This document shows positions 36,583 through 49,200 of a stretch of DNA of 64,000 nt, piece after piece. Location: assembly GCA_905178155.1 (NCBI GenBank), contig CAJINV010000006.1:3475573-3539572 (forward strand), written 5' to 3'. Made by a program: the position numbers and the translations under genes. Under the pieces are notes generated by a model. The model was given only the letters and a program-made list of their open reading frames with translations, was not told where the DNA came from and searched no databases. The first letter of the stretch is position 1. The number at the start of each line of letters is the position of its first letter. This DNA comes from Amoebophrya sp. A120. Taxonomy: Eukaryota > Protista > Dinoflagellata.

Positions 36583-38907
36583 TCACGCCGCTATCAGAAT
36601 CAACACGACGGCGACCACCAAAATCAGAAACGACACTACACCCAAAATCTTCAAATTTTTCTGCAACTGGTAATCCGGATCTGCGGCTTGCTTTTCCTCG
36701 AGTTGAATTATCGCGTTAGCGAAATCCGATACTTGCCACCATCTCTCGTACTCGATCCTTTTCGACTTGCACATCTTCTTTAACTTGTTGATGTCGTACT
36801 CCTGCAAAGCCTGCATCTATCACAGGAGAAAAGTCGTGTTGCAGTTACACATTATTGTTGGTGGAGTTTCTGCATCACAAAGTTGCTCGAAATGGCAAGA
36901 AAGAAAGCCTGCGATGCCCAGATTACAAGGGGAAACACGACGAATGAATTTGAAATGAGGTTGCTAGGCATTTCCTGCATGACAGAGGTTGTCTGTGTTG
37001 CTTGTCTCCCATCAGAGTATGTAACTGTAACACTTGTTTTCTCTCACGATAGCATCCGTTTCTTCCTCTGCACCAAGTATTTCTCTCCTCTCGATTGCGG
37101 TCCCGCGTAGGTCGGTGCCTGGTCGTCGGAGTCTTCGGGGGTTACCTGAACAAGTTTGTCATGCTACGATCGCATGATTGAAAAGAGAGGTTTGTCATGC
37201 TACTCTCACGACCACCCGAACAAATCATTACATGATTGTACCTGGTCCCCCCTCTTGCAGCAGATGCACCACTTGTTCCATTGCCTTCTTCTCCTTTCGT
37301 CGTCCGCCGCCTTCGCATCCGCAGCGAGAATTACCCTTATCAGCTCCTCGGAGCTGTCTTGGTTTGAAACATCCAAAATTCCGGCAGATTATGAGGGCGC
37401 ACAACTCCCCGTCCCCCTCACTTGTCATGCAAAATGCCAAAGCCACGCTTTGCCGCTTTGCACTGTTTGCATGACAAGTTTGGGCCTCTCAAATGGCACT
37501 ACCTTCCTGTGCGAATTACTCATGCAAAACCTGCATTCTTGCTGATGCTTGTATTGCTGGTTATGTCAGCACACAAATGAAGGGGAGGGGGGTTGTGCAC
37601 TGTCATACAGATCGCGCTTCGTCCCGAAGCTGTTCCAGGGAGAGACGCTCGAGCGACTGGCGGAGTTCTTTCTGGATGTCGGTGAATTTCAGACCCTCCA
37701 TGTTGCCCTGAAGAGAGGTTATTTAGGTTGCGTTAGTAAACCATGTGTAATGTTGCTGAACATGATGAAATAAAGGCTCCCTGTAGAAGTTCTTGATATT
37801 GATATCCGTAATCTGCATAAGCTTGTCGATTCCTGCTCATGCAATACAAATCTTATCAGACCTCCGACCTGTATCAGCTTGTCCTTGCATTTCTTCAATT
37901 CCGCTTCCAATTCTGATTTTTTCGTTTTCGTTTCCCCACCACCCTCCTCTGCCGGTATGAACTGTATCGCCCTCTCGTAGCTGTTTTTTGCGTCTGCGTA
38001 CTTTTCCAGACACTGTTCCGCCCCGGCCCTTCTGGACCACCCTTTCCACCATTTTGGATCCAACGCCGTGGCCTTCTTCGCATCGGCTAGTGCTTTGTCG
38101 TATTGTTTTTGAAACTATGCAATGTAAATTTCCTGTACATGTAAAAAATGCATGACAAACTTCGCTACCTGGCAGAGGCCAACTTGTCATGCTGGACTAG
38201 GATCGAAGGCAAGTTTTGTCATGCAGAAACCGCATTTGTACCTACGTCGTGTACAGGAAATTTACTGTGGATAGAAACTGGTAACACGCGGCGCGGTTGG
38301 AGAAAAGGATGGCGTTGTCGGTTTTCACATCCTGTGCAAAAGTATCGCACTGGTATAAATGCAAGTCTTGTGTGCATTACAAATCCTTTTCTAAAGGGAA
38401 CTCCGCATTCCAACTTTTACTTCTCATGCTGAGGAAAATTTGTAATGCATTTATACGACTACGATACTTGTTTTGCAGTTCATATTTCAGTTCGATAGCT
38501 TTGGAAAATTGCTCGATCGCTTTTTCGTACTCCTTTTTCTTAAAATGCTCACTTATGGAAGTGTCAGAATCGAAATTCATTGGCAAAATCAAAAAATTTG
38601 TGATGCACAAAATCAATGCTAGTTGGAGCCTCAGTTTTCAAGTGGCGCATGACAAATTTCGGGAGCACCCAAATCCAGTCTGTCATGCTGTTTGGGCAAA
38701 GAAGGCTGCTCCTGTCATGCTACTCTGGCAGCACATTGCATACCCCTAAAGAGGCTTACACTCGGTCTCATATGCCTGCTCCCCAGTACAGGCCTTCAGT
38801 GCTCTACATTCTATGCATCACAAGTTTTTCGATTTTGTCGATTTCGATCCTGGCACATCCATATCATTCCCATTCTGCTTATGCTGCTCCCAAATTTCGG
38901 ACGACAT
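36583..38907 (-). CDS. TPR-domain (STI1/HOP-like clamp) protein with C-terminal transmembrane tail anchor
   Basis: KQNGNEHFKKKEYEKAIEQFSKAIEL..NAILFSNRAACY..ALADAKKATALDPKWWKGWSRRA; ends ILGVVSFLILVVAVVLILIAA*; 5 introners + 2 GT-AG introns. Confidence 0.8.
36818..37051. mobile_element. Introner family M (TIR TATCACA.GA..AAA)
   Basis: DR GCATC. Confidence 0.9.
37146..37241 (-). other. Canonical GT-AG intron with two perfect core motifs
   Basis: GTACAA...GTTCAG; TTTGTCATGCTAC twice. Confidence 0.75.
37390..37607. mobile_element. Introner family J (TIR TATGA..GYGCACAAC.CCCC)
   Basis: DR CAGAT. Confidence 0.9.
37708..37868 (-). other. Canonical GT-AG intron with family-C-like remnant
   Basis: GTCGGA...CTTCAG; join KLIQ|GNMEG. 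Confidence 0.75.
38116..38273. mobile_element. Introner family A
   Basis: DR GAAAC. Confidence 0.9.
38328..38484. mobile_element. Introner family B
   Basis: DR TTTCA. Confidence 0.9.
38554..38863. mobile_element. Introner family D
   Basis: DR TCACT/TCATT. Confidence 0.9.
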
Positions 38908-40258
38908 AGTGGCGGCGGCGGAGGTTGTATAGTGCCCGCTGTGGAGGTGGAAGCAGGAGAAATTTGTCTACTTGCGCGGATGAGGATGGCGGTGTGTGTG
39001 TGTTCGCGCTTGTGTTCTTGATGGTGCTCCTGTTACTAGAACTTCTCAATCTTTCACCAGGAGAGCAGGCGTGATTTGTGTCTCCTTCGAACGAACAATG
39101 GATCTAGTTGGTATCGTGCGGAAGAATTACCGGAAGACAACAGCAACCGGTTATTTTCCGCGGGTGCGTCCGGACAGAAACAGAATCGATGGTGTGAAGA
39201 GTGTGACCCGAACTACCGCAGAAAGAATCAATGTCAGCTCATGTTTTTCCTGAAGCAAGCACAAGTTGTTGATGAACTCAGTTGTACCAGCGCCAACAGC
39301 TTAACTAGTTAGAAGAACTTCTATCTGCTCATCTCTCACTGTCCAAAACAACTAGACAAACTTTCTGACATATCTCCGCCCCTCATTTCTCTCGAAGTCA
39401 CTACAGAAAACTGGTACTGCCGACCGCGTACCATAGTTGCCTCGTAGCTCTGGAGAGGCACCATGCGAGCATGGGAGTACTGTGCAAGCGGAAAAGGATC
39501 GAATTGGCGCTGAACAATGCGGCGGTCTTAAGTTTTCGAAGCTTGTGCGCGTCTGCATCCGCTCCGGCCAGCGTTTTGCGTTCGTGATTGATGTACAAGG
39601 ACGAATGCTGATACAAATCAGCAAAGATGTAATGTACAGAAATGAAATGTCGCGTAGAAGAGTTCACAAATGTTGTCGCCGTCGCCCAACGTGGATTTAC
39701 AATATGTGGTTGTTGCATATGTATTCATGAGAGCCGTGTAATACTAGTCGCTAGAATTCATTTGTTCTTCCTCTTATTCCTCTTCCCCCTGTTCTGTTTT
39801 CCCGGGCTTGTGCTTGCAGCAGTACTTCTTGCAGGGGTCTTTTCCTCAACGTCGTTGGTTCCTGTAGAAGGCGGGTCCTTTTTCAATACTGAAGCTGATG
39901 CAGTGTCCTGTAAGGCTGAGTCAACGACTTTTGGCGTCGTCCTACTCACCCCGAGTTCTTGATCTCCCGCCCTCGAAGAAGACGCACTCGTCGGCGGTTC
40001 CACAGAGCTAGACACGACTTCGTGGTCCTCTCCATCATGCGACGCGATCAACTCCGCTTGGTTTAGTATTGGTTCCTTTTCCGGTGAGGACACGCGGTCT
40101 AACCGTAAAGGAGGCACGAGGTTCTGCTTTGAGGATGTTCTGTTCCTAATGTCCTGCTCTGGAGTGGTGCCTGTTGTGGTCTTTATGCCCCCTACCGGAG
40201 CAGTAGTTGCCTCTGCAGCGTTATTCATTTTCGACGGACTACTTGCAGCAGGCGTTTG

Positions 40259-43200
40259 TTACCCTGTGGTCGGCCACACATCCACTACTGAAGCGGAAGA
40301 ACGTCGCAGGGTCAATTTTTTCAGGGACATAGATGAGTTCTCCTTTGTCATTTGTTCTCCCCTCGCAGAGGAGGTTGCGGAAGACGCCGAGCTGCTGGTT
40401 GAGTAGATCAACGGTTTGTCGAAAATATTTTCATCCCTGCTGTGATCGCCAGAACTCCTTGCCCGCTTCAGTTTGTCATGCGATAAATTCGCGTTCGACA
40501 GTAGCATTTCTTCTGACGGCAAGTCGTTCGAGGAAGACGTGTGCTGCGAGTCCGCTAGGGAGTTGCTGCTGGTTTCCTTCTGCATTGAGGGGATTTGGAT
40601 AATTTGCTTGATGTTCGTCCTCTCGTCATGCATGGAAACGCCAGACCTATCGTCTACTATTCTTGTCGAAGTAGCTCCATGCTTATCTCTCCAACCGGGG
40701 AGATCGTCTAGATGAAACGTTGGCTATGCATTGCACAAGCATCGTACTAGTAGAAATCGCATTTACAAATTCGGCCAGCATGACAAATGGAATTTGTCAT
40801 GCTGTTTTGCCTTGAAAAAGAGATTTGTAGTGCATAAATGCAATGACTACGAGTACGATACTTTTTCACAGGATATTGTCTCATAGTCGTTCTCCGCAGC
40901 TGAAGATCTCAACAGCTCTTCTCGTAATAGCTCGTCGGAAGAGGATTTCAAATCGAAATCGCGCCGCGGTTCTTGTCTTGCTTGTTTTTTGTTGCCATAG
41001 TCGAGGACTGGTGAAGGACTGTTGACCCCTCCAAGATCACTTACCACCTGCTTCACATGGTCAACGCAAGAGCTTATCGGGATCACGTTTATCCTGTGCA
41101 AAAGTATCGTAGTCGTACTAATTGCAGTCAAGCATTACAATTTCTTTTCTTCAGGTAAATCCGCATGACAGATTGTATTTCTCATGCTGAGGAAATTTGT
41201 AATGCATTTAATATACGAGTACGATACTCTTGCAATGCATAACGTTGTCTCCTGTGCAAGAAGACCCGGCGCTCATCTGCTCTGCCGCTACTCTCGACGC
41301 CAGCGTGTTTTCTGTCGATCCTAATTTACCGAGCAGGATCGGCATAGAAGAAGTAGTAGTGCTGTTGTTCTGGCTGCTCGGCTCTCCTTCTACAACATGA
41401 CTGGAAGACGACAGTGGGGCACTGGATAAAACCGGCTCATTAATCGACGTGGCGTAATTATCCGTCACGACCGGCATTATGGTCGGCAGCTCCAGCCTGA
41501 AGGGCGTTGGCGTCACGTCTCTACTCCCTGACAGCTGCGTCATCGCACCACCGGGTGGTGGCGTCATTTCCGGGGAGGGTGGTCCGGACGTGTCGGCGCT
41601 GTCCTCATTCATCCCTCTCGTACTGAAACCACCACCACCGTCCCTCATACTCACATCCGGTCTGGGACTAACTGGCGGGCTTGGTGGCGGCCGTTTCAAA
41701 ACGTATTTGTAAAAAGCGGGGACGTATGCAGTGCAGAAGTATCGTACTCGTACGAATCATCTCAATCATGCAAGACAAATCGCCTGACCAAGCTAAATCA
41801 GCATGGCAAATTGCATTTGTCATGCTGCGCTAATTTGTATTGCGATAATTCCTAGTATAGTACTAGTACGGTACTTGTTTTGCAATGCATAATATGATCA
41901 GCCAGTCGACGAATTTCTTCAGTCCGGAAAACTCGTAAAACATCAAGAAGTATTCACTAACCCACCGCCACCAACCTAAACTCCGGCCGGAAACCGGTAT
42001 CCCCCAAATAATCTTCGACTGCATGATGTCAAACACCGTCGCTAAAATTGCCGTTGTGTCCAAGTTCGCGAGTAGCGGGTAGATCGTGCCGTGAAGGAAG
42101 AACAGTAGGGAGATTATCGGGTCGAAGAAGAAGTTTTTCACCGGCCGCACGAAATTCATCAACGAGTTCCACCAGGTATGACTGTGCACAACTCCCCGCC
42201 CCCCTCATTTCTCATGCAAAATCCACAATTACAGTTGCTCCCTTGCGTCACTATTATGCATGACAAATTTCGAGAGCCCAAACAATCAACTACAGTAGGT
42301 ACACAAATTTGTCATGCACAGGCTCCACCAGGGTCGCTGGCGTTTGTATTGCTATTCGCGCAATACAAACGAGGGGGAGGGGGGTTGTGCACTGTCATAC
42401 CTGGCTCTCAAATACGTGAGAAATTCGTCTATTGGAATCACGAAGATCCAGATTAAATGAAGCGTGTTTGCAAAAGAAAACGCCTAATTGGCGGGCGATT
42501 CGAACTTTTCCAAAACTTTTCGTTTGACTTTTCAGGATTTCAGGGTATTGAAAACGATTTGATAAAGCGAGTCAGAACGAAAAAACGCAACGAAGATACT
42601 CCAAGTAGCGACAGAACAGGGGCGCCTGCGAGGTCTTGGGCGCCGACGCCTCCTCTTGTCCCGCGGGTGATCGGCGAAGCCCGAGCGACCGCCTTTCAAC
42701 CCGCCGAAGCGTGCGCGCGCCGGGCACCCGCCGACCGCACCCAGCCAACGGCTGCCGGCGCGGGCGCCCTAAAGAAAAAGGCCATGACCGCCCATCGCAC
42801 CCACCCGCCCCCCCCCAGGCCCGGAAGGCCTACCCGGGAACGGACTAGGAGGAGGGCTACCGACACAGGGAAGGGGGCCGGTCCGCCAGACCCTAAACCC
42901 GACGCAACCGGGCACCGGGCAGCACGCGCCCTCGCCAAAAAACGCGCGCGCCCAAGCCTCACAAACACCGCGAACCACGGCGCTCCCCCGCGCCTCCCGC
43001 CGCCGGCGGGCCGCCACCGCGAAACGGCCCGACCCTGGCAGCTTTCTTAATGCAAAGCAACCACCGGCCAAAAGCTGCCGGCGGTGCGTGCTGCTGTTTC
43101 GCGCTTTTCCACATGAGGAAGATCAAAGCGCGCCAGCCTGTTGGGCTTTGTTTGACTTCAACGAACCGCCGGCGCCGGGTTCTATCGGTCGCCGGCTGAT

Positions 43201-46200
43201 AATACTCTCGACACAGGAGGGCCGACAAAGAAAAGGGGCACCCCGCTGAGGCGCCGGCCGCGTGGGGTTCTGGCGATTTGGGGCGCGCAAAAGAGCGCCC
43301 CAAAAAACTCGCGGCAAATCAGAAAAGCGAAGCCACACGACAGGGCCGGGGCTCCGTTCGGAGCATTTGGCCGGCCGCGAAAGCGGCCGCCACCTTTTCG
43401 CCGGTTTCTATGTGGCGGAAGCTTTGCAAAGGGTGCCGGCGCGCAAAGAAAAAACACAGAAAAGCAAAAGCGCGCGAGGCCAATCCCCATGCCATGGGAC
43501 CGGCTTGCCTTCGGTTTCAGGGCGCTCCACCGCGGCGCCCGGATCGGCCCCATACCGCCAGGGGTAGCTTTCGGACAGGGGTTCTGAAAATTTGGCAAAG
43601 AAGTGCCATGCTTTCCAAAAGACGGCCAAGCCACACGGCATGGCCATACCAAAAGCGGCACGGGGGGGCCCAGAAAAAGGACGCAGTGGCTGGCCAGGGC
43701 AACGGTCGGCGGGCAAGGCAGCCAGCGGCACCGACCTCACCACCTCCGCCACGGAGGCTATATTTGGCACGCTGGGCACACGCAGCAGCGGCTTACCGTC
43801 CGACAGCCCCACACGTAGCAAGCAAACAGGCCCCGAGGGTAACTAAGCTCCCACGACGCCCCCTCCGCTACGTCGCACGCAGGGGCGCAGTTCCGCCCGT
43901 GCACCAACCACATCGCCCGGCGCCCCAACATGACTCGCCCCGCCCGAAACGGTGTCGAGCGTGCCATGCGGTCCGACGTCGGACCGCGCGGTATGCTTGT
44001 CGGAAAAGCAAAACAGCAAAGGCACAGGCGCCCTGGCTGACCAGATAGAGACGAAACGGATCGCCCAATCCCGGCCCACAGGGTGGGGCGCAGGGCGAGC
44101 GAAGGGCGAGACGAGCGATGGGTGGCAATCGGGCCGCCGGCACGTAGGAAGTAGACCCGCGGCGGCGCCGCCCGGTATTCCAGGCGCGCAGGCAGGCCGG
44201 CGGGGCCCAACATGCAGGCGCCCCCCCATATCAGAGGGTGGGAGGCCCCCAGGCAGGCCGGCTCCGGCCGGCTGGCGCCTGGCGGATGCGGCGGAATCGC
44301 TTCGGCACCCCAATAACACGCCTCCCCCGCCCGGGCTCGGCAGTGCGCCGGCGCCACGCCCGCGCGGCTGTTGCCGGCCGGCACATTGTGGCCCCGGTCT
44401 AGGTCGGTCGCGGGCGGGGGGGCGAAGGAATGGCGCGGCCGGGCCGGGTGTTCCTTCCGTCTATGGGTTTGGGCAAACCGACGCCAACTCCAGCGGCGCC
44501 CGGGCCCCCGAGAGCCCGCCGGCCGCCGCAAGTGTGGAGCACGCGGAGCGCATGCCCCGAACGCGCCCCGAACGGCGCAACGCGCCAAGTTCAGGGGGTC
44601 GGTAGCAAACGCCGAAGCCCGGGCGCCCTCTCTTGGTTCGCAGCAAGCTACACGCGCACCGGCGCCCCCGGGGCGTGAATCCGCTGCCCGGTGGCGCATG
44701 CGACAACGTAGCGCCGCCCGCCCGCCGGGGCGGGGCCGGCCGCTTGCCTGGCTACGCCCGTGCGCAATAACCGCAGGCGTGCCTGCCGGGGGGCTGTGCC
44801 TGCCTCTTTTCGGGCGCAAGGCAGCCGCCCGAGGGCGGCCCGGCTGGCGGGCAGGAACAAAGGGCAGGCGCCGGGCGGCGAAGCTTTTCCGCCCCTCTAC
44901 CGAAAACTCTGCCGGATACTTTGCCGAGAACTTGCCGAAAACTTTCCCCCGAACTTTCCCGAAAAGTCGGCGAAAACCTTCCGCGAAACCTTCCCGAAAA
45001 ATTCTCCCGTTTAAAAGTCGACCAAAAGTTACAGACCGGGAGTTGAAAAGTCATCCAAAAGTTTTCGAGTCCAAAAATGATCCCGAAGCGGGAAAGTTCG
45101 GGGGAAAGTTTTCGGCAAGTTTTCGGCAGGCTTTCGGCACTCAGGCAGAAGATTTCGTCGCGCCCTCAAAAGCCGAAAAGCCGGAAGGCTTGCACATCCG
45201 CCAGGCTTGCGAAGAATCCCGCTGCCCCCCCCCTTTTCTACATGGCTGAGGCGGTCTCCCCGAAAATGGGGACAGAGCCTCCTGGGCGAACTTATTGCGC
45301 GCGCCGGCGCGGCAACATGTGAGTGGCGCCCCGCGCGCGCCCCTGCTGCGCCGGCGCCCTTTCTACTCGCGAAAAGCCGGCCGCGCAAGGCCGCCGCGAC
45401 CGAGGCGGAGCACTCTGGAGCGGCGGCATGGTCTCGCCGCTTTGTATGTATGTAAGTGCGGGGGGCCGGCGAATATGAAAGAGAAAGGGGCAGGCCGGAC
45501 GGCCTCTAGCTAACGCCCAAAGAAGGGCGCCACGCAAAAACGTGAGGCGCGGGCAGCTCCACCGAAGCGCGCCACGCCATGCGGCCCGAACGTGCGAGGC
45601 CGGGCCGCGCGGCGTGCTGCGCGCCTACTTCAATGCGCCAAATATTGCCGCCGGGGCGGAGATAATGAGGCCGGCGCCGCTTCTTTGCCCGCCGACCTTG
45701 GCCCACGCCACTTTTTTGTTTTTTCTGGGCCCGCCGTGCCGGGGTGGGTAAGGTTATGCCGCACGGTATGGCGGCCGGTTGGGGAAAATGGCAGACATTG
45801 GGCAACTTGCCAAAACGCCTTCCCGAAAGCCAACCCCGATGCTATCGGGCCGACCCGGGCACCGCGGGGGGCGCCCAAAAACCGAAGGAAAAGCGGGCCC
45901 ATAGAATGCGGGCTGGCTTCGCGCGCTTGGCGCGTTTCTTCTTTTTTGCGTTGTTTATTATTTTTCGCGCCCGCGCCTTTTGCAAAGCTAGCGCCCCCCC
46001 GCTGAGAACCCGGCAAAAGGGCGGCCGCTTTCGATTCGCGACCGGTTTCGCGGCCCTGCCATACGGCTTCGCTGTTCTGGCTTCGGGCGGGTTTTTTGGG
46101 GCGCCCTTTTGGGCGCCCCAAGTCGCGCGCCAGAATCGCACGCGGCCGGCGCCTGAGAAGGGTGCCACGTTTGCCGACCCCCCTACGTCATTTTTTCAGA

Positions 46201-49200
46201 CAGTCTTTCCCCCGGCGGCCGACTGAGCCCACCGGCGACTGCATTCATTGAAGTAAGACAAAACCAAATAGGCGGGCGCGCTTGGGTTTTTTTCATCTTC
46301 AACATGCGAAAAAACGCGAGCCAACGCCCCAAGCCCCCGGCCGTTTTTGGCGGTTCTTGTCGGGAAAGCTGCAGAGATACAGCCGGCCCACGGGGTCGCT
46401 GCGGTACATCCTACAAGAGAAGGCAAACCACCCAGGCACGCAGGCTCGTGCTGGAGGGCAACATACCAGAGGGGCCACGGGGCCCCCGCCCGCCGGCTCG
46501 CTTGTGGGGCGGGCCACCCGGGGGAGTTGCGTTATCCATTTCCTGAACCAAAGAACACCCCACCGGGGAAGCCCACCCAACCGGGGGAGGTCGGCCCCAC
46601 ATCGCGACGCGATGCCGCACGCACGGACGGCCTGGCGCGTGAGGCTGGCCCACCATCGCGCACCATACCATGCGGTCCGACGTCGGACCGCATGGTATGC
46701 TGCCTCTTTGCTTCTCTCGTTCAAGCAGGCGAAGCAGAATAGACGGGCAACCGAAAAAGACAGGTGGCGCCACCACAGCGCGCCACAGACCCATATCACG
46801 CGCCGGCCATCGGGGTGGCCCCCCGTCCGCAGGCCCTTGACACTTCTGCCACCGCTAGCGAGACGAGCGGAGGAACCGCCTCTGCCCGTTGGTTGCAAAA
46901 GGGGGGCGCCTTTGGCGCGCGCTTCGGTCGCGTCGCGTAACCGCGGAAAGGCGGGCAGGAAACAGACTGCCGGGGCGCGACAGCCTCTATTTTGTAAGAA
47001 TGGGCAAGCGGCGGGCCAGAATGTAGGGGGCTGAAGGTACGTAGGACAGGCAGCGCGCGGCCGGCGTGCCATCCAAGACACCGCGGCGGGGCGGCGCGCC
47101 CATTCGGTTTCGGGCCCTGGCAGTGGCAGCCAGTGCCATTGCTTATTTAAAAGGCGCTCAGGGCGAAGAGGGCCGACGCGCCCCGGCATTTCCGAAGCGC
47201 GAGGCGGCGATCAACATCCGGGCGAATACTGAAAGGCCAAAGGCCAGCGCCCTCGCACCACTTCAAAAGGTGCACAAAATGCGCACAGGGCCCCACAGCG
47301 CTCGCGAATAATCGCGAACAACCGACCACGGAGGCGCTGCCCGTCCGATGCGCGGCGGGTGGCATTTCCCGCAGCCTGCTTGGAGGCGTCGATCAAAATG
47401 GGAGGCAGCTGGCGGGCACACGCCGCGGCGAAGAGGTGCCGCCCTTTCATGCTCTGCCACTCCCAAAGTGCGGACTTACCAGCAACAGGCAGCACGGTCC
47501 AAACAATTTTCGCAAAGCATGGATTGCCGACGATCAAAATAGCGATTTTGCCAAAAGTCAAAGTAAAAGTTTTGGAAAAGTCGCTATCCCTTTCCAATTA
47601 GGCGTTTTCCTTTGTAACGTGTAGGATAACGTCGCGAAGACGAAGTTCGTCAAGTACAACACCGTGTCGCGGATAAACCCGGGGGTGTAATACAACGCAA
47701 TCGCCGCTGTGTTGTCCCCGAACCACTGTTCCGCTTTGTAACTCGCGTACGAATCGCATTTTCGTAAGAAATATGGATTGCAAATATGTGGTCTGTTTCT
47801 GAGCGAGTACAAACTTGTGCTGCGCACTTGAGGACACAGAAAAATCTCTCATGCATAGGTAGCAAAAGATGCCCACTTTCTGTCACCAAAATTAAATGGG
47901 AGATTTGTCCTGCGGATTCGGCATCATTGCGAAAGCTTCCTGAAACCTGTGATGCTAGAGCTCCCATGCCAGACCTTCTGGGTCATGCAAAAACAGCATG
48001 ACTCTTCCAGACCCAGACACTTTTGCACTTCATAAGAAAATCATGATGGGGTCGGTTTCCAGGCGGCCGAAAAATTGCACCTTGTGGATGACGAACTGGT
48101 AGAAGTGGTATCCTGTGCAAAAGTATCGTACTCGTAGTAATTGCATTCATGCATTACAAGTTTTTTTCTCAAGGGAAATCCGCATGAAAGATTTCATTTC
48201 TCATGCTGGGGAAATTTGTAATGGATGCATTTATACGATTACGAGTACGATACTTTTGCACAGCATAAGTGGTGCACCGCGGCGATTAGGAAGCAACAGG
48301 GAAGCAAAATGTCCAACACCCAGATGATCCACCGTCGGATGTTCTTGCTGTTGTACACCCGGGAGGGAAGCAGAGCGGACAAAACGTACTCTACGTAGTA
48401 CCCGCCAACGTAGATTTTTTCGTCTAAATGCTTCAACTTCCGCTTCATCCGACTTAGCTCATTCAGCTCGGAGGAGTCAAATGCTTTGCAAAAGTATCGC
48501 ACTCGTAGCAATTGCATTTATGCATTACAAATTTCTTTCTCAAGGTAGATCAGCATGACAAATTTAATTTGTAGTGCTGGGCTAATTTGTAATGCAATTT
48601 ATACTTAGTGCGATGCTTTTGCAATGCATAAGTCAAACGTGAAGACGATCGGCTCTTGCGGTCTCGGAAAAAGAACCTTTATAACCCGCTCAGGTGTTAC
48701 AATCTCAAACGTTGCAATAGAATATGGAAATCTGTGATGCAAGAGTGCATGATCTAGCCAACTCTCATAGGATCGCGCATGACAAATTCTGGAGTCCCAA
48801 TCCGCACTACAATCTGGCGAAATTTGTATTGCAGAAAGTGGAATGCTGTCCGAGTCTGTCATGTTCATCATGCAAGACAGATCTCAGATTCTATTGTAAC
48901 GCTTGAGATTGTAACGTTTGAGCAGGTCATAACCTTCCCGAGGACTTTTTTGTTCAGAAACGGGTACCAGAAAAGAGTTTTGAGATTCATCTCCAGAAAT
49001 CTTGTACACCTACTGAAGATATCAAATGCAAAAATGTCTGGGTCTGGAAGAATGCAAGCTTTGTGATGCAGGTTTTCCATTACCCATGAGGCCTGGAATG
49101 CGAGACCCAGCATGACATATTTTTTGAGGTCTCTATCATGCCTTTCCTGCATGAGAAACTCCCTCTCAACTTGGGCAAAAGCGGACAGCTTTAGGCACTC

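Larger units (their letters stand above)
42468..47617. mobile_element. 5.15-kb TIR element inside a CDS (giant introner-like)
   Basis: ~60-bp imperfect TIR TT(G/A)CAAA(A/G)GAAAACGCCTAATTGG...ACTTTTCCAAAACTTT; perfect DR CGTGT at 42463-42467 and 47618-47622; removal restores LSYT|LHLIWIF. Confidence 0.85.

Noticed and set aside
42457-47597. Long ORFs (200-350 aa) in the GC-rich interior as transposase or other genes
   Set aside because: Arg/Pro/Ala/Gly-rich, overlapping on both strands, no recognisable motif; expected from stop-codon depletion at high GC
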